A stretch of DNA of 60,707 bases, counting the filler, from Hausera hauseri (Eukaryota): assembly GCA_046269625.1 (NCBI GenBank). It is 11 parts of 11 records of this genome, joined end to end, with 100 filler letters (N's around TTAATTAATTAA, not from the genome) between each part and the next. Parts side by side here need not be neighbours in the genome. Positions count along the whole stretch, not along the records: positions 1 to 6,120 come from JBJURY010137983.1; positions 6,221 to 10,409 come from JBJURY010711992.1; positions 10,510 to 16,271 come from JBJURY010192749.1; 8 more parts are not named here. One strand, given 5' to 3'. How positions within the stretch are numbered: the stretch's first letter is position 1; each line of letters opens with the position of its first letter. The notes beneath the pieces are model-generated. The model searched no databases, had not been told where the DNA came from, and saw nothing but the letters and a program-made list of their open reading frames with translations. The position numbers and the translations under genes are program-made. Below are positions 1-12,745 of this stretch, piece after piece.

Positions 1-1616
1 TATAAATGTATGTTACAGTTTGTTACACAAGGTTAGGGACAATTCTCCGAAAATGACATAAAGATATACACACTATTACATTACAAACCCAAGGAGAAGA
101 ATCTCTAGAATTGTATAAATATGTGTTGTAGAAGGTTGCATCACTAAGCAAGTAAGGCAAAAATTATGTAAATAAATGACACACAATATTACTTTACTAA
201 AACATGAAATATAAGTCTGTGAAAATATATATATATAAAGATAGGCTACACAATGTTACATTGTTAATACAGGAGCAAATTATATAAACATATTACGCAA
301 TTTTACATTATTAATACAGGAGAGTATTATAGACACATGTTACGCAATCTTATATAAGAAAACAGGAGAACTGAGTACGCAAAGTTATTTTACTAAAACA
401 AGTCTCTAAACGTACAAAGATCACACGATTTTGTCATTTTGTCTATCTGTTTCCCGTGTCCCGTCTAGTTGTATACAAAATATTTGATCTTTGACCTGGT
501 TCACTCTGAATATAAATGAGCATGCTGGGAAATCAATGAGAAGTGACCGCTTGAGCCAATGGAGGTTACAGCTAGGGACGCACATCTGTCACTCACAACA
601 TGAAAATAATGATTAATAATGATAAATACTGACGAAGATGTGACAAGAGTTGCAGTTTATGAGAAGGTTGTATGTGAATCTCGACTTGTAAGGTTTGGGA
701 TCGGCTGAGATATTTACGTCAGTCTGTGATTTGTAAATTGTGATTACATCACAAAAACAGAGCCGCTGACATTTTTATCGCTTGTTTGTGTTGCCCATCA
801 AAGAGTGCTTCTTTCATGTTTGATTGAGAGTCGTATAAAATATTTCTTCTGTATAAAATTATTTTGAATATCTGGGATTCACAATATACAGCAATGGAGA
901 CTGCTCAAACGATGTAAGAAGGAGATTGAACAGGATTATGGCTGTGGCAAATGTACAAAGACTTGCGAATAAACACACGATTAGTGGTGGAGGGCAACAA
1001 TGCCACAAAGTCACAGATGTGATTTGGATCAACCAGTAGTGGACCATGGTTTTAATTCTGCTAATGACTAAAACCTGTCTGTCTCCTCAGTGGCCTTTAC
1101 CCCCAGCGGGATGCTGCCAAAGGTCACAATGTGAGGACGCAGCGATCAGTTGGCTGCTTGTGTCTGCTGTTGCTTTGGCTTTGATGGAAGAAGAGATGAA
1201 AGGGAGGAGGGATGGAGAGACTGAGCGTCTTGTTTCCTCTCCACCAGCAGAGGAAATACTGATTGAGCAGAGGTGTGGGAACGTCAAAGCCGGCAGCTAT
1301 GGGCTCGGCAGGACGCCGACCGCCTCCTTGGCAAGATGCTAGCAAAGGGGATTGTGGGAAATTACACGGGATTAGAGCTGGGGTCTAATGCCCTCATCCA
1401 GCAGGACATTTTCATCAAGAAACAAGGCTGGTGAATGGGCACAACGAGAGAAAAGAAACCTCAGCTAACCCCTTTCTCTTGCTCCCCAGGATGAACACTA
1501 CAGAAGCCATTTTTTTCTACTTTGTGGAAAGAAAAATATATCGAGATATATATTATATATTGCAAATTATCATAAAATATTGAGATATTAATTTTGGTCT
1601 ATATCGCCGAGCCCTA

Positions 1617-2144
1617 TCACAGAGGCCAGTTTGTGTTGTCATGGAGACCAGTTGTTACAGAACTTGTCATCACAGAGTCCTGTTGTTGTCGTCGTGGAAA
1701 CCAGTCAATACAGAAATTGTCATCACAGAGGTCAATTTGTGTTGTCATGGAGACCAGTTGTTACAGAACCTGTCATCACATAGGCCAGTTTTTGTCGTCA
1801 TGGAGACCAGTCGTTAAGAACTTGTCATCAAAGAGGCCAATTTGTGTTGTCATTTAGACCAGTCGTTACAGAACTTGTCAACACAGAGGCCAATTTGTGT
1901 CGTCATGGAGATCAGTCGTTACAGAACTTGTCATCACATAGGCCAGCTTGTGTCATCATGCAGACAGTTGTTACAGAACTTGTCATCAGTTTGTGTCGTC
2001 ATGCAGATCTTTTGTTACAGAACTTGTAATCACAGTTGCCGGTTTGGTATTGTCATGGAAACCAGTTTTTACAGAACTTGTCATTACCGAGGCCAGTTTG
2101 TGTCGTCATGGAGAACAGACGTAACAAAATTTGTCATCAAAGAG
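1617..2144 (+). repeat. 53-bp minisatellite array (copy 1)
   Basis: About 10 degenerate units of cacagaggccaatttgtgttgtcatggagaccagtcgttacagaacttgtcat. Confidence 0.92.
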
Positions 2145-3517
2145 TAGGGCTGAGCGATATCTCGAAAATTTTAAAATAGCGAGATAATTTCGTTTTTGAG
2201 TTATAAGTTGAGACTATGTTGGTATAAAACAATACAGTTTTATACTTGAAATTACTCCTGCTGCCTTCTTTCTCCCACTCGCCCCCCTCCTTCTCCCTCA
2301 CTGAACACAAACTCAGCCCCTCAGCCACGCTCCCCTCCTTCCTGCCTGCAGGAGGTGGGCCAGACGTTTAGCACAGCAAGTAAACACAGCAGATATGAAG
2401 AGCAGATTAGCTGCTGAAGAAAAAAAACAATGTTCTTTCAGAGCTAGTTTGGATTTAAATTGTCAGATGAGGGGCAGAAACATGATTTCTGTAGAAAATG
2501 CTGAAAATAGTCTCGACGAAAGGTCGGAACTATGAATCTTTTTCTCAATTTAAACAGCGGAGTGGAACATGAACCGTGAAGCGGCAGCTCCGAGTGTTTT
2601 TAGTCTGCTTCCTTAAAACAAACCACGGGTCAGAGCTCATTTAGCTGTGCTTTATGTAAAGACCAGAGAGAGGTGGAGACATTAATAAATCAGCAGTTTA
2701 TCAAATCACTAAAGACATGGTCCTTAGCGGCGAACAAGATGGCTAACGCTTTAGCCATCTTGTTCCACAGCTGAGACTGACTATGTCTTTAGCGATATGA
2801 TAAACTGCTGATTTATTAATGTCTCCACCTCGCTCTGCTCTTTTCATAAAGCTAAATGAGCTCTGACACGTGGTTTGTTTTAAGGAAGCAGACTAAAAAC
2901 ACTCGGAGCTGCCGCTTAATGGTTCTGAGTGGAGGCTCACATTACTGCAGTTCACACACACACACTTACTAATGTGAAGGCACCTTTCTATCTTATCAAG
3001 ACACTCAAAGCTCTTTACAACACAATCTGTGTCCTCATTTACCCATTCATACAGCACTCTACTAGATCTGTACAAGGATTAATCAGCACTTTATCACATT
3101 CATACACTTATGGGACACACATCAGTGACAATGAGGGGTTCAGTGTCTTGCCCAGGAACACTTCAGCATGTGACTGATGGTGGAATTGAACCCCCAGCTC
3201 TCCCATTGTAGGAGATTGCTCTAGCGTCTCAGCCACAGCTGCCCTCAGCTGAAGAGGATTAATATTTAATATGAGTAAATAAATGTCTAAAAAATAAAAA
3301 CGTATGTAAATAGATTATTTTTTAGACATTTATTTTGTAGTATTACAGCAGTTTGTAAATAAATATGCCTATGTGAAAACTGGGACAAAGCTTTGACTCA
3401 GAAATATACATTTTTTATTACTTTGTGGAAAGAAAAATATATCGAGATATATATTATATATTGCAAATTATCATAAAAAATTGAGATATTAATTTTGGTC
3501 TATATCGCCGAGCCCTA
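2145..3517. mobile_element. Non-autonomous hAT-type DNA transposon, teleost-like (copy A)
   Basis: 16-bp TIRs tagggctgagcgatat (2145) and atatcgccgagcccta (3502-3517); 8-bp flanks tcaaagag / tcacagag (near-perfect TSD); no transposase ORF. An orphan right end of the same element is at ~1510-1616. Confidence 0.8.
2572..2924. repeat. ~350-bp fold-back palindrome inside the hAT element (second copy ~4373-4725)
   Basis: ~150-bp inverted arms (aagcggcagctccgagtgtttttagtctgcttccttaaaacaaaccacg and its reverse complement) around a central hairpin gaacaagatggctaa-cgct-ttagccatcttgttc. Confidence 0.88.
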
Positions 3518-3946
3518 TCACAGAGGCCAGTTTGTGTTGTCATGGAGACCAGTCGTTACAGAACTTGTCATCACAGAGTCCTGTTGTCGTCATGGAGACC
3601 AGTCATTACAGAACTTGTCATCACAGAGGCCAATTTGTGTTGTCATGGAGACCAGTCGTTACAGAACTTGTCAACACAGAGGCCAATTTGTGTTGTCATG
3701 GAGACCAGTCTTTACAGAACTTGTCCTGACATAGGCCAGCTTGTGTCATCATGCAGACAGTTGTTACAGAACTTGTCATCAGTGAGGCCAGTTTGTGTCG
3801 TCATGCAGACCTTTTGTTACAGAACTTGTAATCACAGATGCCGGTTTGGTATTGTCATGGAAACCAGTTTTTACAGAACTTGTCATTACCGAGGCCAGTT
3901 TGTGTCATCATGGATACCAGTCGTAACAAAGTTTGTCATCAAACAG
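3518..3946 (+). repeat. 53-bp minisatellite array (copy 2)
   Basis: Same unit as 1617-2144; 53-bp period measured between 3621 and 3674. Confidence 0.92.
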
Positions 3947-5326
3947 TAGGGCTGGGCGATATCTCGAAATTTTAAAATAGAGAGATAATTTCATTTTTGA
4001 GTTATAAGTTGAGACTATGTTGGTATAAAACAATACAGTTTTATACTTGAAATTACTCCTGCTGCCTTCTTTCTCCCACTCGCCCCCCTCCTTCTCCCTC
4101 ACTGAACACAAACTCAGCCCCTCAGCCACGCTCCCCTCCTTCCTGCCTGCAGGAGGTGGGCCAGACGTTTAGCACAGCAAGTAAACACAGCAGATATGAA
4201 GAGCAGATTAGCTGCTGAAGAAAAAAAACAATGTTCTTTCAGAGCTAGTTTGGATTTAAATTGTCAGATGAGGGGCAGAAACATGATTTCTGTAGAAAAT
4301 GCTGAAAATAGTCTCGACGAAAGGTCGGAACTATGAATCTTTTTCTCAATTTAAACAGCGGAGTGGAACATGAACCGTGAAGCGGCAGCTCCGAGTGTTT
4401 TTAGTCTGCTTCCTTAAAACAAACCACGGGTCAGAGCTCATTTAGCTGTGCTTTATGTAAAGACCAGAGAGAGGTGGAGACATTAATAAATCAGCAGTTT
4501 ATCAAATCACTAAAGACATGGTCCTTAGCGGCGAACAAGATGGCTAACGCTTTAGCCATCTTGTTCCACAGCTGAGACTGACTATGTCTTTAGCGATATG
4601 ATAAACTGCTGATTTATTAATGTCTCCACCTCGCTCTGCTCTTTTCATAAAGCTAAATGAGCTCTGACACGTGGTTTGTTTTAAGGAAGCAGACTAAAAA
4701 CACTCGGAGCTGCCGCTTAATGGTTCTGAGTGGAGGCTCACATTACTGCAGTTCACACACACACACTTACTAATGTGAAGGCACCTTTCTATCTTATCAA
4801 GACACTCAAAGCTCTTTACAACACAATCTGTGTCCTCATTTACCCATTCATACAGCACTCTACTAGATCTGTACAAAGAATAATCAGTACTTTATCACAT
4901 TCATACACTGATGGGACACACATCAGAGGCAATGAGGGGTTCAGTGTTGCCCACTGCCCAGGAACACTTCAGCATGTGACTGCTGGTGGAATCAAACCCC
5001 CAGCTCTCCCATTGGAGGAGACTGCTCTAGCCTCTTAGCCACAGCCGTCCTCAGCTGAAGAGGATTATTATTTAATATGTGTAAATAAATGTCTAAAAAA
5101 TAAAGTAATGTATGTAAATAGTTTATTTTTTAGACATTTATTTTGTAGAGTTACAGCTGTTTGTTAATAAATGTTGCTGTGTGACAACTGGGACAAAGCT
5201 TTGACTCAGAAATATATTTTTGTTATTCTTTTATGGAAAGAAAATTATATTGAGATATATATCGTATATTGCGATATATCATAAACATATCAAGATATGA
5301 ATTTTGGTCCATATCGCCCAGCCCTA
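3947..5326. mobile_element. Non-autonomous hAT-type DNA transposon (copy B)
   Basis: TIRs tagggctgggcgatat (3947) and atatcgcccagcccta (5311-5326); near-identical to copy A up to ~4875, more diverged after; flanks do not form a TSD. Confidence 0.8.
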
Positions 5327-6120
5327 GCAGGTACCTATCTGTCTTGGGATTTATCATCAACATCGACACCCTGATGTTGATGATTCCTGAACAGCGACAG
5401 CGACACATCTGTAATTGTCGCTTTAGTCAATATCACTTGGAGCTGCTCTTCAGTTCAATCAGGGCATCAGGTTGAAATTTCAGTTTTTCTTTTTTCACTT
5501 TTGGTTAAAAGATAAACTGTTGCCTCAGTCCGAGTTTAACTGCACTTTTTAAAGGCTTTCTTCATTTCTAATTAAACAAAAAGCAAACAATAAAAAATAA
5601 CCAGAAGCTCAGGCTGCATACTTTGGGTACAAAGTGAGCTGAGGTGGGTATGATGTGGGCAGAGATGGACCTACCCGGGATTGGCAGAGTTGGTGTGGGC
5701 AGAGTTTGTCCTAACTGTGATTGGTCGGATTGACTTGTCTTGTGGGGCAACTTAAATTAGGAAGTAATGAAAATAGTAAAATAATATTATTTATTGACTG
5801 CCCAAGTACAGTTTAAAACAGAACAATGACTTAAATAAAAATGATTTCCTGTAAAAGGTCATCTTAGGCTTAGACAATGAAAAATCACATATCCTAACTA
5901 AAAGTAGCCTACATTAGGATAATACAATTCAAACGCAATGCCAATAATTCGAAGGGCGGCTCGAAGTTTCACGTATTTAGCTTGCTTCAGAATGCAGAAC
6001 TGAACGTCGTGTATTTAGACAGAGGGGTGTAAAAGGGTCCTCCGCCAACCGATAATTGCCGAGATGCCACGGGAGTTAATAATAATTAGCAATACCGATT
6101 TATAGTTTAATTTTTACTGA

Positions 6121-6220
6121 NNNNNNNNNNNNNNNNNNNNNNNNNNNNNNNNNNNNNNNNNNNNTTAATTAATTAANNNNNNNNNNNNNNNNNNNNNNNN
6201 NNNNNNNNNNNNNNNNNNNN
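6121..6220. other. Artificial contig linker (N-run + TTAATTAATTAA + N-run, 100 nt); also at 10410-10509, 16272-16371, 20575-20674, 24616-24715, 29668-29767, 34307-34406, 42536-42635, 48294-48393, 53132-53231
   Basis: The same six-frame-stop 12-mer sits inside each 100-nt N block, and content changes abruptly across each. Plain 100-N gaps at 19171-19270 and 58214-58313 lack the 12-mer and are scaffold gaps. Confidence 0.97.
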
Positions 6221-6945
6221 TTTTTCTCTGTTTTTTTTTTACTCTTCCTCGATTAGCCAACATTCATCTGTGTTCTCTTACTTTGGAATTTAAATAGAGC
6301 TGGTTCATAAATATAAATACTTGGATATTTTGATTGATGATTCAATGACTTTCAAACCTCATGTGGAATGTCTAATGAAAAGTCTAAAATTAAAGCCTGG
6401 TTTTTTATCTTTATAAATAAGTTGTGTTTTTCATATACTGCTAAAAGGCGACTTGTTTCTGCAACTTTTCAGTCTGTGCTGGACTATTGAGATCTTTTCT
6501 ATATGAATGCTTCCTCACAATGTCTTAAGATGCTTGATTCTGTCTACCACTCTTCTCTGAGGTTCATTACAAACTGTAAAATGTCAACACACCACTGATT
6601 TATACTCACAGGTAGCATGGTCTGGTCTGGCTACCTGAAGGAAATCCCATTGGTTAAGTTTTATTTACAAGGCACTACTTGGACTCCTGCCGGCATATAT
6701 TTGTGTTGTATTTTCACTGAGAAATGTTGACTCTTATACTTGTCGCTCACACAACTTGCTGCTTCTTTCTGTCTCTTTTGCTCAGACTGAATAAGGCAAG
6801 AAGGCTTTCGTTCACTCAGCTCCCTCTTCATGGAACTTGTTACAAGAAACTTTTAGATTGACTGAATTCATCTCTTTTAGTGCTTTTAAATCTAAACTAA
6901 AAGTTCTTGAGGGTGATTCTGTGACATGTACCTGTATTTTATAGC
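6221..6945 (+). mobile_element. Decayed 3' end of a non-LTR retrotransposon (L2/CR1-group LINE ORF2, teleost-type)
   Basis: Broken reading YKYLDILIDDSMTFKPHVECLMKSLKLK...KRRLVSATFQSVLDY*DLFYMNASSQCLKMLDSVYHSSLRFITNC fits the post-RT region of fish L2/CR1-group LINEs; stops and frameshifts. Confidence 0.75.
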
Positions 6946-6984
6946 TTGACATTTTATTTTAACTGTGTATTTTTCTGTGTTCTA

Positions 6985-8843
6985 CAAAAAGATTTCTGTG
7001 ATATTATGAACAGCAACATAGACTCTATTATTCCTGAAACTGAAGAGAATGGACGAGTTGTCCTTGTATACGAAGAAAAAAATTTGTCGTCCGATAAGTC
7101 TAAAAGCACCAAAGTTATTGTTAAAGGCACACCAGATAAATTACTTCAAAGTCTCATTATGGATCAGCACAAAACCGATCCTATGTATGTTGAAAATTTA
7201 TTCTTTCTGGCATGTACAAGCAATTCTAAACCAAGATTAATCAAGTTAAAACTCAAAAAGTGTATTTCATTTAGGCTAGCTGGTCTTCAAAACGGTTGGG
7301 GCCTATTTATAAAAGAGATTAAGAAACAGGAACTAGATGATCAAATTGATTTGCGAAAAGGGGATCAGGTTCTCGCTATTTCAAATTATTTCTGGGAGAG
7401 ATTCGGAACTCTCGATAAAGCTGTAGAATTGCTCAAAAGAAATTATGATTGCTCAATTGATTTACTGGTTCGTTACAATCCTTCAGAACTATACGACATC
7501 CTGTGCTACTTCTCCGATTGTGAATCCGGCATTGAATGCGACTCACCGAATGTAGATTCATTGACAATGTCTGGTAGTGTAACGTTGCACGCAATCAGTG
7601 ATCACACGAGAGTGGGAATGAATTCCCTAATTACACCAATGGCCGTACCAAGACCGAACGAGTTTTTTCCAACTTCTCCGCCAATGAAAGCTAAAAATAA
7701 TACTCGTAGTGCACATACGTCTCCCACTCGTCAACCGGTTCAACAACGGAGAAAGGTTGATGTATTTTTAAGTTATATAATATGATTGGTTCAGCCAAGA
7801 TGCAGTCCTGCTGTTGATAAAGATAAGAAAACTCTTGGTAATCGATCTTGCTCAAACCCTAATCTTAAAGCCAAAGATGATAATGTGTCAACATGTTCAT
7901 CTTCAACCAGTATAATGCCCGTAACTCAAGTTATAAAAGTTTATAAGCCTCTTTCTATGGATTTTAAACTTATATTGATTTCAAGTACTTTGTCAGCTAA
8001 AGATGTTTTGCCAATGATTCTAATAGACTTTTCTATTTCCGAATCTGAAGTTGACAATGATGGACTTTATTTCGTAACGATTGATAATGGACAAAATGGT
8101 GCAATATTTAAAAATGGTCGTGTTGCAATGTACGAAAGGGGTATTGAAGAGAATTGTCGTTGAATTAATGATATCATTCAAACCTCATAAATGATTCAGT
8201 TCTCGTTGACGATGAACAATCAAGGACCATTTTTAACGAATCGAAAGTAACCATTCATCAACTTACCCCTTTGGAGATTGCAACCAGATTGACACTATTC
8301 GATTACGCTCAATTTCAGGTATTCATGCAATGGAGTACATCACTTCTATATTCAAACAATCGTCACTGAAAAACATCAACTATGCAGACGGAATTGAAAA
8401 TCAAGGTGACACAGAAAACAAAATTTCCGTTGCAGGAGTTTCTACCGGCTATGAAAACTACGAAAAATTCGAAGATATTATTAATAAAGAAGCATTTTGG
8501 TCAACTACAGATATGTTTCGAATCCAATATTACAAAGCGTGTAGAACTTATTAATAAATTTATAAAGGTTGCAACAATAGCACTGTGTAAATATATCCGT
8601 TTGTATGAAGATTTGAGTATGTTAATAGATATGAGTTTGAATTTTCGTCATATTCGTCAGCTTATTTCAACAGAAGTCAACGAACCTCCGTTGATCCCAT
8701 GTTTGGCAATACATTCAAAAGATCTTGCTGCATTGCATTTGGATAATAAAACAGTTCTCAATGACGGTCTAATAAATTTAGAAAAGCTACGAATAATGGC
8801 TTCCTATATTCGTGAATTACTTAGCATGTGCATTACTGGTTAA
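6985..8843 (+). pseudogene. RAPGEF2: Divergent PDZ-GEF (RAPGEF2/RAPGEF6-like) pseudogene: partial REM, PDZ, RA, RasGEF
   Basis: Collinear motifs: QKDFCDIM..EENGRVVLV..IVKGTPDKLL..DPMYVE (REM start); GWGLFIK..LRKGDQVLAI (PDZ); QVIKVYK..ILISSTLSAKDV (RA); FEDIINKEAFW..KRVELINKFIKVA and PPLIPCL..KDLAALH..DGLINLEKLRIMA (CDC25/RasGEF). Internal deletions and frameshifts. A putative 39-nt GT-AG intron at 7756-7794 joins ORFs 6946 and 7786 in frame. Confidence 0.82.
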
Positions 8844-10269
8844 AGCCTTCAGACAATTATTTCTCCATTGGGAAATCAGAATTCCGGGTTTTTTTCTATT
8901 GCGTCACCCAGTTATAAATATTGGTGCTCTGATGACGACGTTTCTAGCAGAATATCGGACTGCAGCAAAAATTCAGATTATCTCCAAAAAGATTTGGTCT
9001 ACTTCAGTTAACCAATCAGCGCTCTGTGGCACGTTAAAAAAGGATAGCAAACAAAAGTCTCTGACAGTCCTACAATAGAACCAAAAAAATTGTCAACAAC
9101 TTTATGATGAATGTTTATCAACTTTGAAACTTCGTACACATTTATCAAATATGTACATTTTTACTGAACCATACATAAAAATTTGCAGGAATTGTCCATG
9201 AACGCTGATGAAGCAAATATTGTTTCTAAGAATTCGTCAAGGGAATTCTTGATTGACGAACAAACATCAACGTACGTTAAAGATAAAATCGTGGCGATTG
9301 TGAAAAAGATCGGTACATCTGAGTTTAGAATTATGAGCATAAACAGGACAAATGTTTGCGAGTTTTTATCCGGAATTGTTTGTTTTTCGACCGAATATTA
9401 CGCAACGTATTATGTAACGTGTCTATGTACAGATATACATAAAACCATAACCCCGCACAGACGGAATGTTATTCAACGTTCTGTTTTATTACATTGTTTA
9501 ACATTAAACAAAATTATCCTGTATTTTTCCAAGTCCATTTTGGCATTTCTGTCAAATTTAAACGGACCACGTGAATTGTACAGAGAAGTGCAAAAGAAAA
9601 TCGGTATTACGAAATCTACTGAATACAGAATGACTCGAGTTAATTTACTGTCCATGAATTTTTTCATTAAATTCAATGAATTAATATTGATGAGACTTTT
9701 TTTATAGGCCACCATACGGCCATACTGCCATGTTGAGGTTCTGTTACATGTTACACGGAATCTTGCCATTTACTGCGATTTTGATGATGCTCGACAGACC
9801 ATCGTCAATGATGAAGCCGATAATATAAGAACTAACATTTCTCTGTTGTCGAACCTTAACACAATTGAGAAAAGTTCTAAAGATATCTCACTCATTTAAA
9901 AAGGAAGTCGAAAATCTTAAATTGGATTCGTATAGGACGTTAATAGATTATGATAAAGGCGGAGAAATATCTTGCGAAAGATATCGAAAGGATATTAAAT
10001 TCGCGATCAACTGTCGTCAGATTGAATGGTACCGAAAATCATTTGTCTTTTCCCAAGGCAACCTCTTCCATCAGTGACATTCGCTCTGATAAAAGAAAGA
10101 AACCAGCACTAACTCTGGGTCACAGTCATGATTATACCGAATAGCCTGCTTGGTTGAAATCCATCTCGATGAATGTAAGTGGCTTTATAAGTTTAACATT
10201 GTCATTGTCGTTAATTACGCTTGATACAATTTTTGAAACTTTTGAAGCAATTTACATACAACCAAAAAG

Positions 10270-10409
10270 CAGAATAAGAATCGAACATGATGAAGTAAAG
10301 CGTCCAAGTGATTATATCTATGCGCAATTTGTACATAAGGATAGGGTATCTGATGCTTTATATTCAAATTCTAGGTTATTTAAAATTGTTAGTTTAATCA
10401 TGGAGTCTA
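10270..10409 (+). pseudogene. Degenerate RRM fragment (PABPN1-like)
   Basis: RIRIEHDEVKRPSDYIYAQFVHKDRVSDALYSNSRLFK resembles the RNP1-helix2 segment of PABPN1-type RRMs; short and cut by the contig end. Confidence 0.35.
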
Positions 10410-10509
10410 NNNNNNNNNNNNNNNNNNNNNNNNNNNNNNNNNNNNNNNNNNNNTTAATTAATTAANNNNNNNNNNNNNNNNNNNNNNNNNNNNNNNNNNN
10501 NNNNNNNNN

Positions 10510-11150
10510 AAACATAAGTTGTTTAAAGGGCAGTTTCTTCTAATGTGCCCATGTTTTCCACAGCAAAAACAATCACCCTTAGATAGTAATTCCTCTTTCG
10601 GTGCTAGTAAGTGTTTCACGCGGCAGTAGAGCTTACTGGCTTTATGATACGCAGAGTGCATTGGAGCCTGTCTTCTCCTATCTGCGATCAAACTGTAATG
10701 TGGTTTCTGGTCCTGGGCAATGTTGTTCATCGACCTTGTTTCAAACCTTTTTTTTTGAATATTCCCTTTCACTGTTGTGTATGAACGGTCTTCTATCATA
10801 TTCTTTTAGTTTCACGTATGCTGTCTTTCCGAAATTTTGGTTGGGAGTCTTTACCGCATCCCGGAAGGATTTCTTCACTGTAGCAACTTCTCTTTACTCT
10901 TCTACGGTTTGGCTGGCCTCCAAAATTTTAGCCTCCTCCTTCATCTCTTCTACTGTCATTTTTGGTTTGAAAACAAGCAGCTGTCCTAGCATTTTTGAAC
11001 TAATTCCTTTTCTAAGAACTTCATGAACGAATTCTTCTTTGTTCCACGCGAAAATTTTATCGACTGCTTGACGCACCCTGATCTCAAATGTAGAAAATTT
11101 TTTCCTTCTTTTTGACACATTGGCCAATTCGACTACCTCATTGAAGGATT
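10510..11150 (-). mobile_element. gag: LTR-retrotransposon gag remnant with CCHC zinc knuckle
   Basis: CFCCGKHGHIRRNC in ORF 10458-10799; capsid-like ORF 10894-11127 upstream; broken frame. Confidence 0.65.
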
Positions 11151-11199
11151 CATCTTCCCCATAAATTATTATTTATTTTTGAACCATCACTATTCTGAA

Positions 11200-12200
11200 G
11201 ATACAACTTCAACATATCAAGTTTGTGACGAATAATTTCCTTTGTTAACGTTTTAAATTCTTTTGTAGATGGTCTTCTGAATTCAAAATTACTCTTTATT
11301 TTCATTTTTTTTGTTCATTTACAGTTGATGGAAAATCAAGTCATACGGTCCAGAATGTTGAAATCTAGAAAATATGAAGATTGTTGTATCATGTGACAAT
11401 GCTTTTCGTTCAGGAAATTACGTATGTGAGCTGATACGTGAGGAAGTGTATTGTGCATGAGCAGACACTTTTACCATGACACACTCCGCCTATTTTGAAT
11501 TAGCTTATAGGAATTAAATTTACGCATGACTTCTGCAGGAAATTACTGCACAATTCTGAATTAGTAATTTCACCACGATCTAACAATTTGGAATGGTATA
11601 ATCCACAAAAATTAACGGCCACCAAGTAGTGAAACTTCCTATAGACTACTTTCCTCCTAGGAATATCTGCGCTATCTCCATACGAAGGAACCCAAGGTTT
11701 GCGAATTACATAATTTTCTAGTGGACGTGAAAAGAAAGCTGTTTAATCGGTAACAACTAGATAATGAACATTATTTCTGTTCGTTTCGCAAACTTCAGGC
11801 AAATCCTGTGAATAAGTAACTCTTTGTATCTTTTGTTCTTCATTGATTACACGTGGAATCCAATTACGCGAAACGTACTTCCATCTTAAAGCTTCTTTTA
11901 TTATTTTTAAAACCACTGAATGAGACAATCCAAATTGGTCCGACGTTCACCGTTTAAGTTTACCGTTATTTGAATGCTCCTGTTCAATTTTAGAGCAATA
12001 TAACATTCTTTCTTTATTTTTCTGCTTAATACTTCCAGACTTACGTGTGAAATCTTCTCGAGTTTTGTTTTCAAATTCTTTGTCTATTTGTTAGACTCTT
12101 CGCAACCCTATCAGGTTTTCTCCCCGCACCGTTAACAAAATATTATGGGTCGCACTTCTTTTCTAGTTGTCAATGTAAGCTAATTATTTTTCAAAAACAT
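11200..12200 (-). mobile_element. Heavily decayed mariner-type transposase
   Basis: VSRNWIPRVINEEQKIQRV matches the mariner WVP linker; degenerate YSPDLN-like motif near 11350-11390; boundaries approximate. Confidence 0.6.
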
Positions 12201-12239
12201 GGTGGAAGTGAGGTAGAAATCTCATGTTGAAGTATAATT

Positions 12240-12745
12240 GTAAAATGAGTTAACGAGATTGCGTGTTACGCAACATAACGTTGGAAATCACTTTTATACG
12301 GATCAATTTTTACAGATCTGGAATTATATATTCATTGAGTAATGGCTCAAAAATATATATGTACTTGGGACACTTACCGTTTGAAATAGTTTTTAAACGG
12401 GAAATTAACGTGCACGTAGCTGGAGGAATCACAAGACAGACCGATAATGCCAGACTGATACAAAGTATTACAAGACATTATAATGGCAGCTAACCGAATG
12501 AAAAATTTCGAGGTGGAGAAGAGAGGGAAAGGAAATTTAGAAATTGGACAGAAAGTGTTCGTGAAAGTAGACTTTCAGAAAAGAAGAAAAGTGCTTATCA
12601 GTTCGAAAGACCATATGAAATAATTCGACAAATTTTGCCGAATCAGTGGGAGTTGAAAAATATGGGAGATGGTAGAATGATTCGAAGAAGAGTGAAATGG
12701 TTGAAAAGAGTAAACAAGGATCATAAAGGAGAAAGGAAAATGATG
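12240..12745 (+). mobile_element. Ty3/Gypsy integrase C-terminal remnant with PPT
   Basis: LGHLPFEIVFKREI and FERPYEIIRQILPNQWELK (GPY/F-like), then purine tract aaaggagaaaggaaaa and TG. Confidence 0.45.

Noticed and set aside
859-1345. Overlapping short ORFs in the fish-like contig
   Set aside because: No recognisable motif, non-ATG or weak starts, open on both strands.
1617-3946. Regular repeats as a possible CRISPR array, and the ORFs over them
   Set aside because: Units are contiguous 53-bp tandem repeats with no unique spacers and no cas genes; the ORFs are translations of the repeat.
6166-6177. Recurring TTAATTAATTAA as a biological motif
   Set aside because: Always embedded in N blocks totalling 100 nt; it is a concatenation linker. 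ORFs ending in XXXLIN are artefacts.
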